Positions 1 to 14,100 of a DNA stretch of 64,000 nucleotides are shown here, one piece after another. Source of the stretch: Eledone cirrhosa. Taxonomy: Eukaryota. The notes below the pieces were generated by a model. The model made no database searches, had not been told where the DNA came from, and saw nothing but the letters and a program-made list of their open reading frames with translations. Each line of letters opens with the position of its first letter. Positions within the stretch are counted from its first letter, which is position 1. The stretch lies in contig OZ024741.1 of assembly GCA_964016885.1 (NCBI GenBank), forward strand, positions 277,264,001 to 277,328,000, read 5' to 3'. The position numbers and the translations under genes are program-made.

Positions 1-516
1 ATTCGATTTGTGCTATTTATGCTATTTTTAGCATGATTTACACCAACTGAATTACTTTGCCAAAATCTGGGGTTATTCCCCTTGTGATTTCCACACGTGG
101 TTTAACTTACCACCGTGTCATTCACTTATTTGGTACAGAGTGAAATACCTGTTGATAATGTGATATTCCTTGTTCGATCGTTATACACAAAGCTTATATT
201 TTTAGGCAGACTGTATTTTGATTTAGGTGTCACAGAAACTCTACATCGGATTTTAACAGCAATTCCGGGAGTCCAGGTCTGGTCGTCATTTATTTTTTAT
301 CATTTATTTTGTTTTGACCTGTTTAGCTTGATTTGGTTTTTGGCTTGGGTGGTTAATGCCTTCTTGACTACCTTTTCAGTTTTGTATGGCTTCTTAACAC
401 ATTGTTTAGCTCTGGTTTTTAACTATTGAGCACTTTGCCAGTATCATTTCTGATTTTTGCGTTTCGCTTCGCTTTTTCCTGCCCGCCGAAAATGCGATAC
501 TCGCTGAATCTTTATT

Positions 517-586
<70 letters not shown>

Positions 587-929
587 TATATATATATATA
601 GATAGATAGATATAAATATAAATATATACATATCTATTATATATATCACATTTAAAATTATGGATGTCATAATTGAGATAATCTTAAACATATCTCCTGT
701 CTCCCAAAATCAGCTCATAGAAAAAATTCAAAGAATAAATCCGAGCATTTAATCCTTATAAAATAGTGAGGGACATATATATATACTTAAATATCCAATG
801 ATATAAGTGTATATGACATAAAACTTTAGCAAGAGACAATCTGTATAGAATATTCGTTGATATGTCCTATACATTTATATCATTGGATATTTATGTGATT
901 ATATATGTCATTCAGTATCTTATAATGAC

Positions 930-1050
<121 letters not shown>

Positions 1051-1529
1051 CGGAAAAGATTGTTTTGGTAAAAACAGGAGTAAGCAGGAGAAAGCTCTCA
1101 ACAATCGTTGTTTTTAGTTACGATGGAGAATTTTATAAAATAACAAAATAAGATGCTGAGGTTACATGTATCGTTTAATCATTATTTCCACGGTTCTCCA
1201 TGCAAATATAAATGTACGAGCTATCATGTGTTGACTGGTGTTTCAGACACGTACACATCTCCACCAACATCAAAACATCTTGGTAGATTTTTGTAGACAC
1301 TGTCACTAACATATGTGCAAAACACACCCCACCAAGATCTGTGAACAGTTCTGTGTTTAGTTTCCCAAAAATAAAAAAAAACACTATTATCAGAAAAATA
1401 AAAAGAACAAACTAAAATACTGCCAGCGGCAACACACACATTCGACGTCTATCCCACTGCTCGAATCAAAAAAATATAACTTCTTTAATGTATGAAGACC
1501 ATCATGAATAACCAAAGAGCAGTTGAGGA

Positions 1530-2345
1530 GAAATGGGCCATTGAGAAAATCAAACTCAACCCCAAAGTGTTTTTTTTTCATTTGCGAAAAAACACAATGT
1601 CCCTGTCTTCACCGTCAGCCCTCTAATTGGTGAAAATGGCACACTCCAAGATAATTAAAAAACCATGGGTGAGTTACCGCAGAAACAATACTGCTCTGTT
1701 TTCAGTAACCTTATATGGCTGATCTGGGCTGTATCAGTGATGTTAATCCCCAACACACTATATCAGACATAACGCCTGGCGCCCCTGACATCTTAGCGGC
1801 AATAAACGAAACTAAACACAATTTAGCAGTAGGCCCCGATAAGTTCCCTGCTTGTCTCCTGAAGATGTGTCGACACCAACTTACATCTCCTCTTGCTATT
1901 CGTGAAAACGTTTTGTCCCAGTTTTCAAAAAGGGAAACAAGCCCCTTGCAGTGAACTACCATCTGATCTCACTCACCTCTCATATCATTAAAGTATTTGA
2001 GAGGGTGGTGAGATCATGAATAACTCACTTTCTTGAAAGCAACAAACTGCTGAACTCCAACCAGCATGGGTTCCGTAATGGAAGAGACTGTCTAACGCAG
2101 CTCCTCCATCAATTTGATGACATTTGTCATCTACCTTGATTTCAGCAAGGCCTTTGGCAGGGTTGATCACAACATTTTACTGAAAAAAAACAATCCAACA
2201 TTGGTGTTTCTGGAAAGTTACTGCAATGGATCAAGTGCTTCCTAACAGACAGTGCCGAACATGTAGTAGTCGAAGGAGTAAAATCAAATCCTGCCAAAGT
2301 CAGTAGTGGCGTTCCACAAGGCACTGTGTTGGGTCCGCTTCTTGT
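1530..2345 (+). mobile_element. Degenerate non-LTR (CR1/L2/Jockey-group) reverse transcriptase fragment
   Basis: Frameshifted RT motifs on +: GPDKFP, QHGF, YLDFSKAF, SGVPQGTVLGP; truncated by a SINE at about 2347. Confidence 0.75.
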
Positions 2346-2346
2346 C

Positions 2347-2527
2347 ATTGGCAGTATCGGTAGAGGATCAAACGCCATGCTTTGCAGCAAAGAGTTACAG
2401 CCCTTTACAGTCTGAGTTCAAATCCCGCCGAGGTTAACTTTGCCTTTCATCCTTACGGGGTCGATAAAATAAAATACCAGTAATTCACTGGATAATTGCT
2501 GGCCTTGTGCCAAAAGTAGAAACAATT
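2347..2527 (+). mobile_element. tRNA-derived SINE (about 10 copies in window)
   Basis: A-box-like TGGCAGTATCGG, B-box GAGTTCAAATCC, shared body GCCTTTCATCCTTACGGGGTCGATAAAATAAA. Confidence 0.8.
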
Positions 2528-2529
2528 AT

Positions 2530-3177
<648 letters not shown>

Positions 3178-3292
3178 TAAGAGTTAGAAATGAACTGTTG
3201 AAATTTATTGTTTCACAGTACTTGCGCAACACGCGTGTAGACGATGCCAGCCGAACAACAGAGCTGCGATGGAGTTGTTCTGCATGGTTGTC

Positions 3293-3622
3293 TGCGTGTT
3301 TTCTAAATTTAAGACAGTAGGGAGGGTTGTGATATGAGGGAGAGTTAGCTGTTGTTTCTAGCAGGTTTAGTGACCTCATAGAGGATATGTGTTTTCTAAA
3401 TTTAAGACAGTAGGGAGTGGTGTGATATGGGGGAGAGTTAGCTGCTGTTTCTAGCAGGTTTAGTAACCTCATAGAGGATATGTGTTTTCTAAATTTAAGA
3501 CAGTAGGGAGTGGTGTGGGGAAGGGTGTGATATGGGGGAGAGTTAGCTGCTGTTTCTAGCAGGTTTAGTAACCTCATAGAGGATATGTGTTTTCTAAATT
3601 TAAGACAGTAGGGAGTGGTGTG
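3293..3622. repeat. Tandem repeat, about 87-102 bp unit, about 3.5 copies
   Basis: GTGTTTTCTAAATTTAAGACAGTAGGGAG...AGTTAGCTGCTGTTTCTAGCAGG recurs. Confidence 0.85.
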
Positions 3623-4070
3623 AACGGATAGTATCACCATCAAGCTTGGAAAGAGAAAGTAGCAGAAAGTATGAAGTTGTATAGATTTTGAATGGTAGTA
3701 GAAAGGCTTCAGCAGTTTAAATGAGAGAGAAAAATCGTAAAATATTGAGTTTTATCTATTTTTTGCGTAATTGTGGGTGAAATTGAAAAAATGATTTGCG
3801 TCAAGACACAATCGAAACTATTTCAAATACTGAATTGTAAATTTCAATTGAAGAAATTCTATATCGTAGATTTCTATAACGAAGGAGCATGACCACACAC
3901 TGAGCTTTATAGATTATGATAAATAACATTTTCAAAAAATACATAAGTGGAAACAAAACAGTGCAATCAAATTTTTGCGGAAAAATATCTTAGCTTCTCC
4001 AATAAAATATATTCTGTATTTTGCGAAATCCAGAGACTTTCAATAATGACCTTTGGTCTTTCACACTCAC

Positions 4071-4177
<107 letters not shown>

Positions 4178-4240
4178 CGTAAAGTAAGAAAATATTTTTT
4201 TTTTTAATTTTTAAAAAATTTTTTACTTACTTAAATTTTC

Positions 4241-4322
4241 ACTCCAACTAATTAGTTTCTGCAATGGGATAAAGACAGTTACGTAATTCAACTGTCGAGA
4301 ATTCATTGCGTCATCAGGGAGT
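4241..4322 (-). ncRNA. Type I hammerhead ribozyme (family B)
   Basis: Reverse-complement copy of 4908-4989. Confidence 0.8.
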
Positions 4323-4907
4323 CTATTCTCAGCTGAGTCTCCAGGCAATGCGCGGACACTGGCGGCTCATATAAAAATAATAATAATTCGGTAGATAGAA
4401 CAGCTAGCGAGGACTGGATTCCATGTACTGAAATTCTCACTGCTTCTAGTCAAATGGCCGATTCTAAAGAATCAATCACGTGACACAGAGGCTAGTTAGA
4501 AGGAATGGGATGGTAAGATGACTGACGCCTACTAACACCCCAAAAAATTTAGAAGTGGTTTTGGCAGGTTTGCTCGACAAATCAGTGATTTGGAGATAAA
4601 TATAGATAATTTAATATATCAACTAGCATAAGCGCACAGATGCACGTCCATGCCAGCAAATACACAGGTTATGTCATAGTACCTAGGTGGTTCAATGCAG
4701 GAGGATGCAGAACAATAATATAAAAGACGTAAAATAAGAAAATATTTTTTTTTTAAATTAAAAAAAATTTTTTTACTTACTTAGAAGCAGTGAGAATTTC
4801 AGTACATGGAATCCAGTCCTCGCTAGCTGTTCTATCTACCGAATTATTATTATTTTTATATGAGCCGCCAGTGTCCGCGCATTGCCTGGAGACTCAGCTG
4901 AGAATAG

Positions 4908-4989
4908 ACTCCCTGATGACGCAATGAATTCTCGACAGTTGAATTACGTAACTGTCTTTATCTCATTGCAGAAACTAATTAGTTGGAGT
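4908..4989 (+). ncRNA. Type I hammerhead ribozyme (family B), extended stem II
   Basis: ACTCC-CTGATGA-CGCAATGA..GACAGTT/AACTGTC..TCATTGCA-GAAA-CTAATTAG-TT-GGAGT; palindromic stem III ACTAATTAGT. Confidence 0.85.
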
Positions 4990-5175
4990 GAAAATTTAAG
5001 TAAGTAAGTAAAAAAATTTTTTAAAATTTTTTTTTTAAATATTTTCTTATTTTACGTCTTTTATATTATTGTTCTGCATCCTCCTGCATTGAACCACCTA
5101 GGTACTATGACATAACCTGTGTATTTGCTGGCATGGACGTGCATCTGTGCGCTTATGCTAGTTGATATATTAAAT

Positions 5176-5214
<39 letters not shown>

Positions 5215-5331
5215 GCGTGTGTGTGTGTGTGTATCTATTTATCTATCTATCTATCTCTCTCTCTATATATATATATATACATACATATGTATATACATAT
5301 CTATGTACACACACGCGCGCGCGCACGCACG

Positions 5332-5406
<75 letters not shown>

Positions 5407-5869
5407 TGTTATCATTTGGGAAGGTCATGCTGCCAATAAAATGACACGCACTTATTGGTTTTCACTTTAATTTATTACAAATTTCCAGTTGATTGGTTTA
5501 ATAACAAGATGGTTGCTTATTTATTGACAGAGCTCTTTCGTTACACATTCTGTGACCTGCTCAGTGACTAATTTGTTATTTTGTGTCTCTCCTTTGTTCT
5601 GTTCTACAGTATCTTGTTTTTGTGTGTTGTGTGCTGTGTATTTTGATTGCGTATGCGTTATATTCGCGCGTGTGTGTGTGTTTATTTATTTACTTATACG
5701 TTTATTTACTAGGCACTAGTTGGTTGCTTGTTCTATCTGTGTGTGTCTGGTTTGTTTTATTAGTTTGGTTCTTGTGTCTGTATGTCTTTCTATTGTCCTT
5801 AATTATTAGTCGTGATGTTGCTGCTATTCCACTCATGTTTTCTGTTTAATTTTGTTGGAGTTCGTTTGT

Positions 5870-7135
5870 CGCTTCTGTAATCTGTCAGGGCATTGCATTT
5901 TTTATGTGTGGATATGATCTTTATTTAGATGTTCTCTTGTGTGTCCCCATGTTCCATTTTGGCATTTGGTGGTGTACTGATGAGTTCTTCCCATCTTGGA
6001 GTTTTCACTAGTGTTCATTTATCCTTTGCTACGGACTGTCTCACCTATGTAAGTAGTGTTCCAATTCCTACACTGTCCCTCCATACATCTTATGCTATAT
6101 AATACGCTCCTTGTTTTGCAGTTAATTTGTGGGCTTAATTTTCAGACTATACATTTCTTATCAGTGCACAGGTTTTTTTCAAAACGTATGTTCTACTAAT
6201 TAGGGCTTTTATGGGTATACCTGGTCTTTCAACTATCTTAATATTTAATTTTTGTTTGTCTAGAACTCTTCTAAATCTGTAAGCTAGTTTGCCTCTTGGG
6301 GTTGCATTGACGAACATTACATCCTCGTATTTATTGCTATCAAACCACGAGTTGACTTTATTAGTCTTCTTTATTCTTTCTATCTTATTCCAAAAGTTGC
6401 TTCTATACATGCAGCAAGTCCCATTCGCATCATTTTCGACAATCTTTGTCGATTTGGCCTTTGTTCCTTTATATACCCTGATCCTGCCTATCTGATTGTA
6501 GCCATAGAACTGCATGCGGTGGACGAAATGTTTTATGTGTCTCTAATTCTTTAGGATTGCACATGCGGGACACATTCCTCATCATTCTTACTAAATCCGC
6601 AATTAGTATGTTAACTTTTATGTTATCCGAAACGGCTGAGTTTCGATGGATCAGGTACTTAGAGGTCATCTATAGTTGGGGCACTTGGTTGGGTAGTCTA
6701 TGGTGACTTTAATACTTTGGTGGATGGAGTTAGCTATTTGCTGGATACTTTCCATGGTGTTCATCTCTAATTCCTGACTCCCGCGGGGAGTGCTTTCTCT
6801 ACGATGTTGATGTCATCTACATAGCAGGAGTAAATAATCGGGGTTATAGAGTTCACGTCTAAGCGTTCCTTAAGTCTCCCGTTCCACCATACCATAAAGA
6901 GGTTAGCTATGCCACCAGCAATGCTGACACCAATGACCGCGCCCTTCTCTTGGGCATATGTTTTGCCATTGAACTTAAACATATGTTCCTTAAGGGTTAG
7001 TCTTATACTGGCCCCCACAGCATGTGCAATCATTTTCTTTACTTGGTCAAGGTTTTTGGAGGAACCGTGTGGCTCTGGTCCAACCGCCCAAATGTATAAC
7101 AATATCTGTTTCAACACACGTTTTCAGATAAATCT
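5870..7135 (-). mobile_element. Penelope-like element remnant (RT plus C-terminal GIY-YIG)
   Basis: FKFNGKTYAQEKG..IG..IANLFM..YVDD RT motifs (6767-7117); KIVERPG; CKTRSVLYSIRC..YIGET near 6040-6120; frameshifted. Confidence 0.8.
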
Positions 7136-7154
7136 TGCAAATCTTGCAAAAGTG

Positions 7155-7261
<107 letters not shown>

Positions 7262-8474
7262 GTAATTACCTGGAATTCTTCATATCAACACATACTAATG
7301 TACAGATTTACTATGACAAAGAGATGTGTCTTATCAGTCTGTCTAGTAATGAAGTAGTTAATGTTATATCTGTTAACTAACTGTTAGTCAGCTGCTGGTT
7401 TGTATTCACTATTATCGCGAGTGAAGGTGCGTGGATTAGTGGTTAGGGTGTTCGGCTAACAATTGTAAGGTTGGGAGTTCTATTGGCAGTGGGGCATTCT
7501 ATACTCCTTTACTTTTGAGTAAACATTAGGCGATAATTAACTGCTTCTTCTAGCAATGAACCTACTCGCCATCCCGGCCTACCTTCACAACCCTTCTACT
7601 TAGCCACGTGATGTTTTTCACCCCTTTTGAATTCATTACTGACGGCGATCACTTTAGAAACTTTTGTCCTAACTGAGGGAGTCGCTTGAAAAGCTCGGAG
7701 CCTCATGGATAATACTAAGATTAAACATATCCACAAAGTCCGAGCAAAACTATCGATAGTCGGGACTAGAAGAGCTTTGGTAAAGTGTATATACATTTTT
7801 TCTTCAAACTTACATTTTAGACTTAGTTCCGTTTAATTGATTATTTGTCTAGTTAATTTCTACGGAGTAAGAGGAAAGACTAGGTAAATTCTAACTGACT
7901 GTTCCTCACAGAGGAAAGTCTGTGACATTTATCTGGTATTTCTTCTAAGTTACATTTTAAACTTAGCTCCGTTTAAATCAAAGGTTATCAACGGGAGGCA
8001 TATGCACCTACGGGGGGGCATTTCGGAACTCTAGGGGGGTGTTTGGGAGTAAGGGGGAGTTAGGGGGCGTATGGAGTTTTGAAGGGCACTGGAAGGCTCT
8101 TTACTTTGGTAAGTTTTATAAGCCATATTTGTATGTCTTTGAGACAACCAGTGTGACTGCATTTGAATGAGCATGCAGACAGCATAACTATGGTCTGATC
8201 GCAGCTGTGAGCAGGTGTGCAGGCGTGTCTAGACATTAACCGGCAATTGAGATTATAACAATGGAAAAAAACCACAGTCAACTGGGTCAAGAACACTTTG
8301 AGCGCAGCCAGTTAGAATCTTGTCTTTCCTTCACCGATAACAATGTATTTCATGTCTGAAATTATTGACTCAACCGTGACGAGTTAAAACTATGTAGATC
8401 TATTTTATTTCCTATTGTATAAATAATATTACAAATAAAAAAAAATAAAAAAAACGCAGAAGCGGGTAGCACAT

Positions 8475-8870
8475 ACATCTAGGACCACATACAAAACATA
8501 ATCAGATAATACACACATCTAGGACCACATACCACACATAAGCAGGTAATACACGCATCTAGGACCACATACAACACATAAGCAGGTAGCACACACATCT
8601 AGGACATCTAGGACCACATACAACACACAGGCAGGTAATACATACATTTAGGACCACATACAACACATGAGCAGGTAATACAAATACATAGGACCACATA
8701 CAACACATAATCAGGTAATACATACATCTAGGACCACATACAACACATAAGGGGGTAGTACACACATCTAGGACCACATGCAACACACAAGCAGGTAATG
8801 CATACATCTAGGACTACCTACAACACACAGGCAGGTAATATATACATCTAGGACCAAATACAACACACAT
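8475..8870. repeat. About 39-bp minisatellite inside the hAT element
   Basis: CATCTAGGACCACATACAACACATAAGCAGGTAATACAC unit, about 10 copies. Confidence 0.85.
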
Positions 8871-8871
8871 T

Positions 8872-9911
8872 GTATCATATGCTACGGACGACGCAAGAGC
8901 AATGGTTGGCCAACTTAAGGGTTTCTTCACTCTTCTGAAGAGAGAAAATCTATCTGTATTTGTTGTCCATCGACAACACTTGGCTGCGAAGAAACTCAGC
9001 GAGCCGCTGAACAAGTCCTTGCAGGTGGCCATTGATATCATCAATTTTATCAAACACCATTCCCTCAATGAACGAATTTTCCAGCAACTGTGCCAAGATA
9101 ATGACGAAGAATACGTCAAGTTGCTCCTTCATAATGAAGTGAGGTGGCTTTCAAAGGGCAAGTGCCTTACTCACTTCTTTGAACTGTTCGTCTCTATCAT
9201 TGAGTTTCTGCGAGGACGCAACACAGAACTGTACAAGAAAACCCTCGATGTGAGGCAAAACTGCGCCTACCTCACCGACATCTTCGACAACTGCAATAGC
9301 CTCATTTTGGCTAAAAGATCACCTTGCTTAAAGCAAGGAATGCTGTGAAAACATTCCTGGCCAAATTGAATGTCATCGAAAGTAATCTTTGTTGACGGAA
9401 ATTCTATAATTTTCCTAGTGTCGCCAATGTTCAAAACATTGTAAGCGATGACCAACTCCAAATTTATACCGCTCACCTCCGTGCGCTACAAGACAACATG
9501 AGAGAACGATTTTTCGACCTTTTGCCGATGGACATCCTAATGTGGGTAACAGATCCCTTCATAGCTAACGTCGATGATTTGGACGTTATATTTCAGGAAG
9601 AATTCATTGAACTTCAAGCAGATGACATGATCAAACTTAGATTTCCCAAAATAGGTGAACCTCTTTTTTGGATGCAAGGGGAAATTCAACGTCGATTTCC
9701 ACACCTACATGCAGAGGCTAAGAGATTTGCTCTGCCTTTTCCAAGCTCATACTTAGTCAAGAGGAGGTTTGGTGCTGTTTCCAGACTGCACAGTAAGGCT
9801 CGCAACCGCTACAATGTAATTACACGTGGAGATCTCCGGCTACATCTTACTAAAATCCAGCCTGACGTCAAAGAGTTAGCTACACTCCATAAAGTTCAAG
9901 GGTCCCATTGA
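8872..9911 (+). pseudogene. hAT transposase pseudogene (Buster/ZBED8-like)
   Basis: LLLHNEVRWLSKGKCL, YLTDIF, LPFPSSYLV..GDLRLHLT..QPD motifs in broken ORFs. Confidence 0.85.
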
Positions 9912-10686
9912 AATGAGGTCAAAGTTAAAGTAAGTTGATTTATCCGAAAACTTGGATATGCTATTGTTACAAAGCAAACTAACAATTTTTTTTATTTGTA
10001 GTTGCAGTCTGACTGGACTGGAAACCATCTACTACAATTCACTTATTCATTTGTTGTATATATTTTACCATTTACTAATAAATATACCCTCCCGCGTGGT
10101 CATGAAAACCCTCTTCTGTTGTCTCTAAGCTCACAAAGCAGAGGGGACATCAAGTTAGATATCAACATTTATTCTGTCCGTTTTATTAAGGGGAAATTGG
10201 AAAGCTTTGAAATGATATAATTGCCACTTTCTTCCAGATAAGAACACTCTTTGGATAGACAGAGCTGCTCTTGTACAAATGTTCAAAATAGTTGGTATCG
10301 CCTGGTGGGAATATGACAAATTCAACTGGTCCTTATTCATAAAAAAGAACATTTATGTTCCTTTTTTAGAAATTTATATATTTCCTTTCAAGGAATGTAT
10401 TTATACTCTCAGCTGCCTGCAATGGTATTTTTGGAATATTGTTAATAAATTTTTTAGTAATCTACTGATATCAAAATCAGTAGTATATTGAAAAATGGAA
10501 AAATAGGGTAGGGGCGTTTTGTGATTTCGAGGGACAAAAGGGGGCGTTTGGCCTAAATGGGTTGAGAACTTGTGGTTTAAATGATTATTTATCTGGTTGA
10601 TTTCTACGGACTAAGGAGGAAAAGAATTGAATTAATTTTGTCTGACTGTTCTTCAAATTTATAATTTTATATATATATATATATAT

Positions 10687-10876
10687 ATAGCTTTCACCGT
10701 ATTTTTGACTAAAGGAATTTTAGCCTGATAATGGGGTTTAGAACCCTCAGATAAATGGAAAAAGATGAGTATTGACGTACATGTACGTCAATTCTCATCT
10801 TTTTCCATTTATCTGAGGGTTCTAAACCCCATTATAAGGCTAAAATTCCTTTAGTCAAAAATACGGTGAAAGCTAT
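10687..10876. repeat. 190-bp near-perfect palindrome next to (TA)n
   Basis: Arms differ at 2 positions; axis GACGTACA|TGTACGTC at 10781/10782. Confidence 0.9.
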
Positions 10877-11488
10877 TCTATTTTCTAATTTCAAACCTGC
10901 TCACTGTTTCAAAACATACTTACTTGATATATATATATATGTGTGTGTGTGTGTGAGTGTGTGTGTGTGTTTATATATATATATATTTGCATGAAGCAGA
11001 AAGGTATATATTGCTGTGACGTGGTTGTATATCTCCTTATAATATATAACCAGCAATTTCTCTGTCTGTCTGTCCGACAGTGGAAACACGTGCGCGCGTG
11101 GTTGCTATCTCTCTCTCTCTCCAGCTATCCCTCTCTTTTAGTCTGTCTGTTTCTCTCACTCTCACTCTTTCTCTTTGTAACACACTAACATTCCTCCCCT
11201 CTATCGCTGTGACGAAAGGGGAGATGGAGGAGGAGGAGGAAGAGAGAGTCACTTCGTCACTTCACCTCTGCCTTTCTTTCTCTCCCCTCTCACTCCCTGT
11301 CGTCGACCACTGATTCCAACAACCAGCGTTCTAGGCCAGCACGTGACACCTGCGTTCCCAGCCATGGCACGCACGACCTTGGAGTAGTTATCATGGAGAT
11401 CTAGCCAGACACAGCCGAGTTCTTTGAATTTACAGACGACAACTTTAAGACTGGGTTTTGCTGTTTTAACCAACTCACTGGGGCTGAG

Positions 11489-11526
<38 letters not shown>

Positions 11527-11729
11527 ATGCGTGTGTGTGTGTGTGTTATATGTGTGTGTATGCGTGTGTGTGTGTGTATTATGTGTGTGTGTTATATGTG
11601 TATGTGTATGTGTGTGTATGTGTGTGCGTGTGTGTGTTATATATGTGTGTGTGTGTTATATGTGTGTGTGTATGTGTGTGCGTGTGTGTTTTATATATGC
11701 CCTGTGTGTTATATGTGTGTGTGTGTGTG

Positions 11730-11760
<31 letters not shown>

Positions 11761-12148
11761 ATATATATATATATATATTATATATATATATATATTATAT
11801 ATGTATATTATGTGTGTCTCTCTATATATATACATATATATATATATACGTTTAAGTGTGTATGTGCGTGTGTATGTGTGTGTTAGCGTGTGTGCATATG
11901 TGCGTATGTATGAGTGTGTGTATGGTATGTGTGTGTTAGCGTATGTGTCTGTATGCGTGTGTGTCTGTCTGTGCGTGTGTCTGTGTGTATCTGTGTAAGT
12001 GTTTGTGTGTGTGTGTGTACAGGAATTCATAAGTTTCCTAAAATATGTCTGTATGCTTAATTTTTCTTAAAAATTATAAACTGGTTCTTCCTGTCAGAGA
12101 TAATAATCTGATTTGAGAATAATGCATCTCAAAATATGAACATGGGTG

Positions 12149-12181
<33 letters not shown>

Positions 12182-12264
12182 CTGTGTTTGTGTTTGTGTG
12201 TTTGTGTGTGTGTTAAATATATATCGACTAGCAGAAAACCACCCACCGGGTGGTTTTCTGCTAG

Positions 12265-12530
12265 TCTATATATCTAAAACAGAGAATGTCTGTCTGTCTG
12301 TCTGTCTGACTCCCTAAAACTCGAGAACCACCGAACCGATTGTTTTCAAACTTTACACATGTAATACTTATGCTCCTGTGCGCGTTTTGAGCAAAAAATA
12401 TTTCACTGCCCTAGGGACCACATTAGGCGATTTAGCGATCTCTCTCTATAATTCTTCGTCTTCCTTTTTAGATAGATACATAGATATAACGTTGCGCCCT
12501 TATAATATATGTCTGTATGCATTACGACAT
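12265..12530 (+). mobile_element. Non-autonomous Helitron 5' part, same family as 20299-20862
   Basis: Starts TCTATATATCTAAAA; high similarity to 20299-20570; preceded by a Helitron-like CTAG end. Confidence 0.65.
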
Positions 12531-12570
12531 TATGACGCTGTGTGAGTGTGTATATATATGTATATATAGA

Positions 12571-12640
<70 letters not shown>

Positions 12641-12762
12641 TGTGTAACGTTTTTCGAAATATTTACTTCTGCGTTCACAGATTTATTTTGTTTAGTTTCA
12701 GAAGATCCCGTTAAGGGTGAAAGCAGCGATTCTTTACTTAAACTTTAATCTGTTATTTTAAT

Positions 12763-12833
<71 letters not shown>

Positions 12834-12960
12834 TATATTCGTGTACAGATAATTTTGCATACACAATAACAAAATATAAACAAACGCATTTATTTCACGA
12901 GGATCGATAAGGATAAATATATATCAAATATATAAGAATCCTAGAGCAAATCCTGAGCAA

Positions 12961-13014
<54 letters not shown>

Positions 13015-13016
13015 CC

Positions 13017-13049
<33 letters not shown>

Positions 13050-13052
<3 letters not shown>

Positions 13053-13410
13053 GCGGGTAAAATTCCAGGGATCCATGGACGAGTTCTCTCCAGCGGTCTC
13101 TGTCCCTCATTATCGCTGCCATGTCCTGCGTCTCCAACAGACCAGTGTCTGTCCTTATGGCATCAACATACGTTGACCTTGGTCTTCCTCTTCCAGTGTG
13201 TCCATGTAGGGGCTCCCACAGGTGCACTGAGTGCAATATCAACTCTGGATGTCGGTGAGCATGAGCAGCTAACCTCAGTCTCCTCTGTGTCACTTTTGAG
13301 CTGACTTTTGGGAGGCTCCCATACAGCTCTGAGTTTTTCATCCTCAGTGTATACTGATTAATGTTCAGAGCCATCCTCACCATTCTCGTGTAGCACCCAT
13401 CCACCATCTG
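13050..13410 (-). mobile_element. RTE-type LINE 3' fragment
   Basis: RRLRLAAHAHRHPE..LWEP.HG..GRGRP..TY..DRDRWR C-terminal motif; flanked by (TA)n. Confidence 0.7.
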
Positions 13411-13492
13411 AGTATGTATATATATGTATATATATATACATACATATATATACATATATAAATACATATATATATATGTATATATATATATA

Positions 13493-14100
13493 TTTTCCTC
13501 TATTTTAAAAGAATTTTATTGATAAATTCAAACCCAAGCTAAATGAACAATAATAATGGGGTTATTAATCCTACTATGACTATGACTACGACCACTAACA
13601 ACAACAATAATAATAATAAAAGTGATGTTGATGGTGATGATTACTAGAAAATGCTATTTTCATCATTTCTAAAAATAGCAAAACAATTGATGCTTTGGAT
13701 AGGGTCAATTAGTGGTCGTTAGACATGCTCAACCAACCGTGACGCCTAAACCAATCAGCTTTAGTAATCCAGTGAAACTACGTACCGATTGGTCGAAATA
13801 CAGTTTGCAAGATTTAGCATTCTGGAGCCACTTTTCACTGTATATAAGGCACAAAATTTACCCATCTCATTACAGTTGAAAATTGCAAACTTGACTGTCA
13901 CCACACATTATGAACCTGAAGATTGCGGAAGCATGAAAGTACTTGTTCACTTTGCTTCATTTTAAACGTTTTAAACGTTTATTTTCTTACAATGATAATT
14001 GAAAAGTCATAGTCTAAACTAGAAGGAACTATTTCAACTATAGCTGTCGATTTATATATTTTTATTATAATTTCTTAACTTATTCGGATAACGATTCGCT
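13493..14100 (+). mobile_element. PLE 3' end / pLTR remnant
   Basis: FIDKFKPKLNEQ* resembles a GIY-YIG C-terminus, followed by TATATAA at about 13841 and an HHR at 13911; right boundary approximate. Confidence 0.55.
13911..13949 (+). ncRNA. Minimal type I hammerhead ribozyme (family C)
   Basis: TGAAC-CTGAAGA-TTGCGGAAGCAT-GAAA-GTAC-TT-GTTCA; palindromic AGTACT. Confidence 0.75.

Larger units (their letters stand above)
7979..10574 (+). mobile_element. hAT (Buster/Charlie-like) DNA transposon, degenerate
   Basis: 8-bp TSD GTTTAAAT (7971-7978, 10575-10582); imperfect TIRs CAAAGGTTATCAAC / CACAAGTTCTCAAC; internal transposase remnant. Confidence 0.85.

Noticed and set aside
5521-5570. HHR-like motif on minus near the PLE 3' end (CTGAGCA..GAAAGAGCTCT)
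   Set aside because: Core mismatch and no stem I pairing; at most a decayed relic
11249-11491. 80-aa ORF in non-repetitive sequence
   Set aside because: No recognisable motif or splice support
12695-12735. CAGAAGA-TCCCGTTAAGGGT-GAAA motif
   Set aside because: Altered core and no convincing stems I or III
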